The notes under the pieces: model-generated | The model's database searches: none | What the model saw: the letters and a program-made list of their open reading frames with translations, nothing else | What the model was told of the DNA's origin: nothing | Assembly (NCBI GenBank): GCA_037447605.1 | Contig: CM074813.1 | Span: forward strand, 2,232,001 to 2,296,000 | DNA from: Zygnema circumcarinatum SAG 698-1b | Taxonomy: Eukaryota > Plantae > Zygnematophyceae | Direction: 5' to 3' | DNA: 64,000 nt | Translations under genes and position numbers: made by a program | Shown here: piece after piece, positions 63,456-64,000 of the stretch | Layout: the number at the start of each line of letters is the position of its first letter | Position numbering within the stretch: position 1 is the stretch's first letter

Positions 63456-64000
63456 CAGCCAGATATGTCGTATTTGACGGTCGACCGCGTGTGCCGGCGT
63501 ATCTGCATGGCCGAGTCAGCGCTGACCGGCCCCTGATTGGCTGCTTCAGATTGCGCCATCCCGTGCTCTAGTGTCCTTGTGCTTCTAGTGCCTCTATGAT
63601 TTTTTTCGTACGAGAACCATACGGCATATTTTGTCCGCTTCGCTTTGACCACAAGGCGGCCCCTCTGAGGTGCCCCTACGGCCGTCGATTTGTCGGCGCT
63701 GGACTACATCGCCGCTGTTCATATCGCCAAACACGGAAAGTTTTGGAGCCAGGAGCTTCCATCGGCCAATCACAGCCCTCCGCCGCCGCCTGCCCTTCTG
63801 CCCGGGCAGCTCTTCGCCGCTCGGCCTCGCATGGCCGACGGCTTCCGGCCGCCCTGAAATTCATGAACCGGTCGGGCAGGTGAAACGTTTCCTGGCAGCG
63901 CTCGGTCAGCGACTAAATCGTCATAAACTCCTTTTATACCCGCACACAGTTCAATTTCGACCATCACGGGCAGAACAATACAACCAAAAAGAAAATGTAT

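Overview
Eukaryotic, intron-rich streptophyte (plant-lineage) nuclear DNA. The species cannot be determined, but the weak polypyrimidine tracts and gene content fit a charophyte alga or non-seed plant. Ten protein-coding genes were reconstructed by hand from splice sites and family similarity: the 3' part of an unidentified gene ending in KKDK, casein kinase 1, a NERD1-like FG-GAP protein (cut off by a 100-N gap), MED12, intronless RRP1/Nop52, cyclin H, a SpoU/TrmH methyltransferase, proteasome assembly chaperone 4 (not visible as one ORF, two GC-AG introns, giant CT microsatellite intron), plastid chaperonin 60 beta, and an EBS/SHL-type BAH-PHD reader. A nested cluster of non-autonomous DNA transposons lies at 11.8-14.0 kb. 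The strongest unexplained signal is a fixed-spacing composite motif, CCAAT-N9-CCACG (ERSE-like). It has 8 exact and 3 one-mismatch copies, found upstream of MED12, in all three divergent promoters, in both arms of the foldback transposon and near 63.4 kb. Other notable items: a templated exon/intron copy inside an upstream intron of the same gene, an EBS homolog with no C-terminal tail, a triplicated intronic unit, and three GC-AG introns. No tRNA, rRNA, snRNA, CRISPR array or autonomous transposase was recognised. All exon models are manual and lack transcript support.
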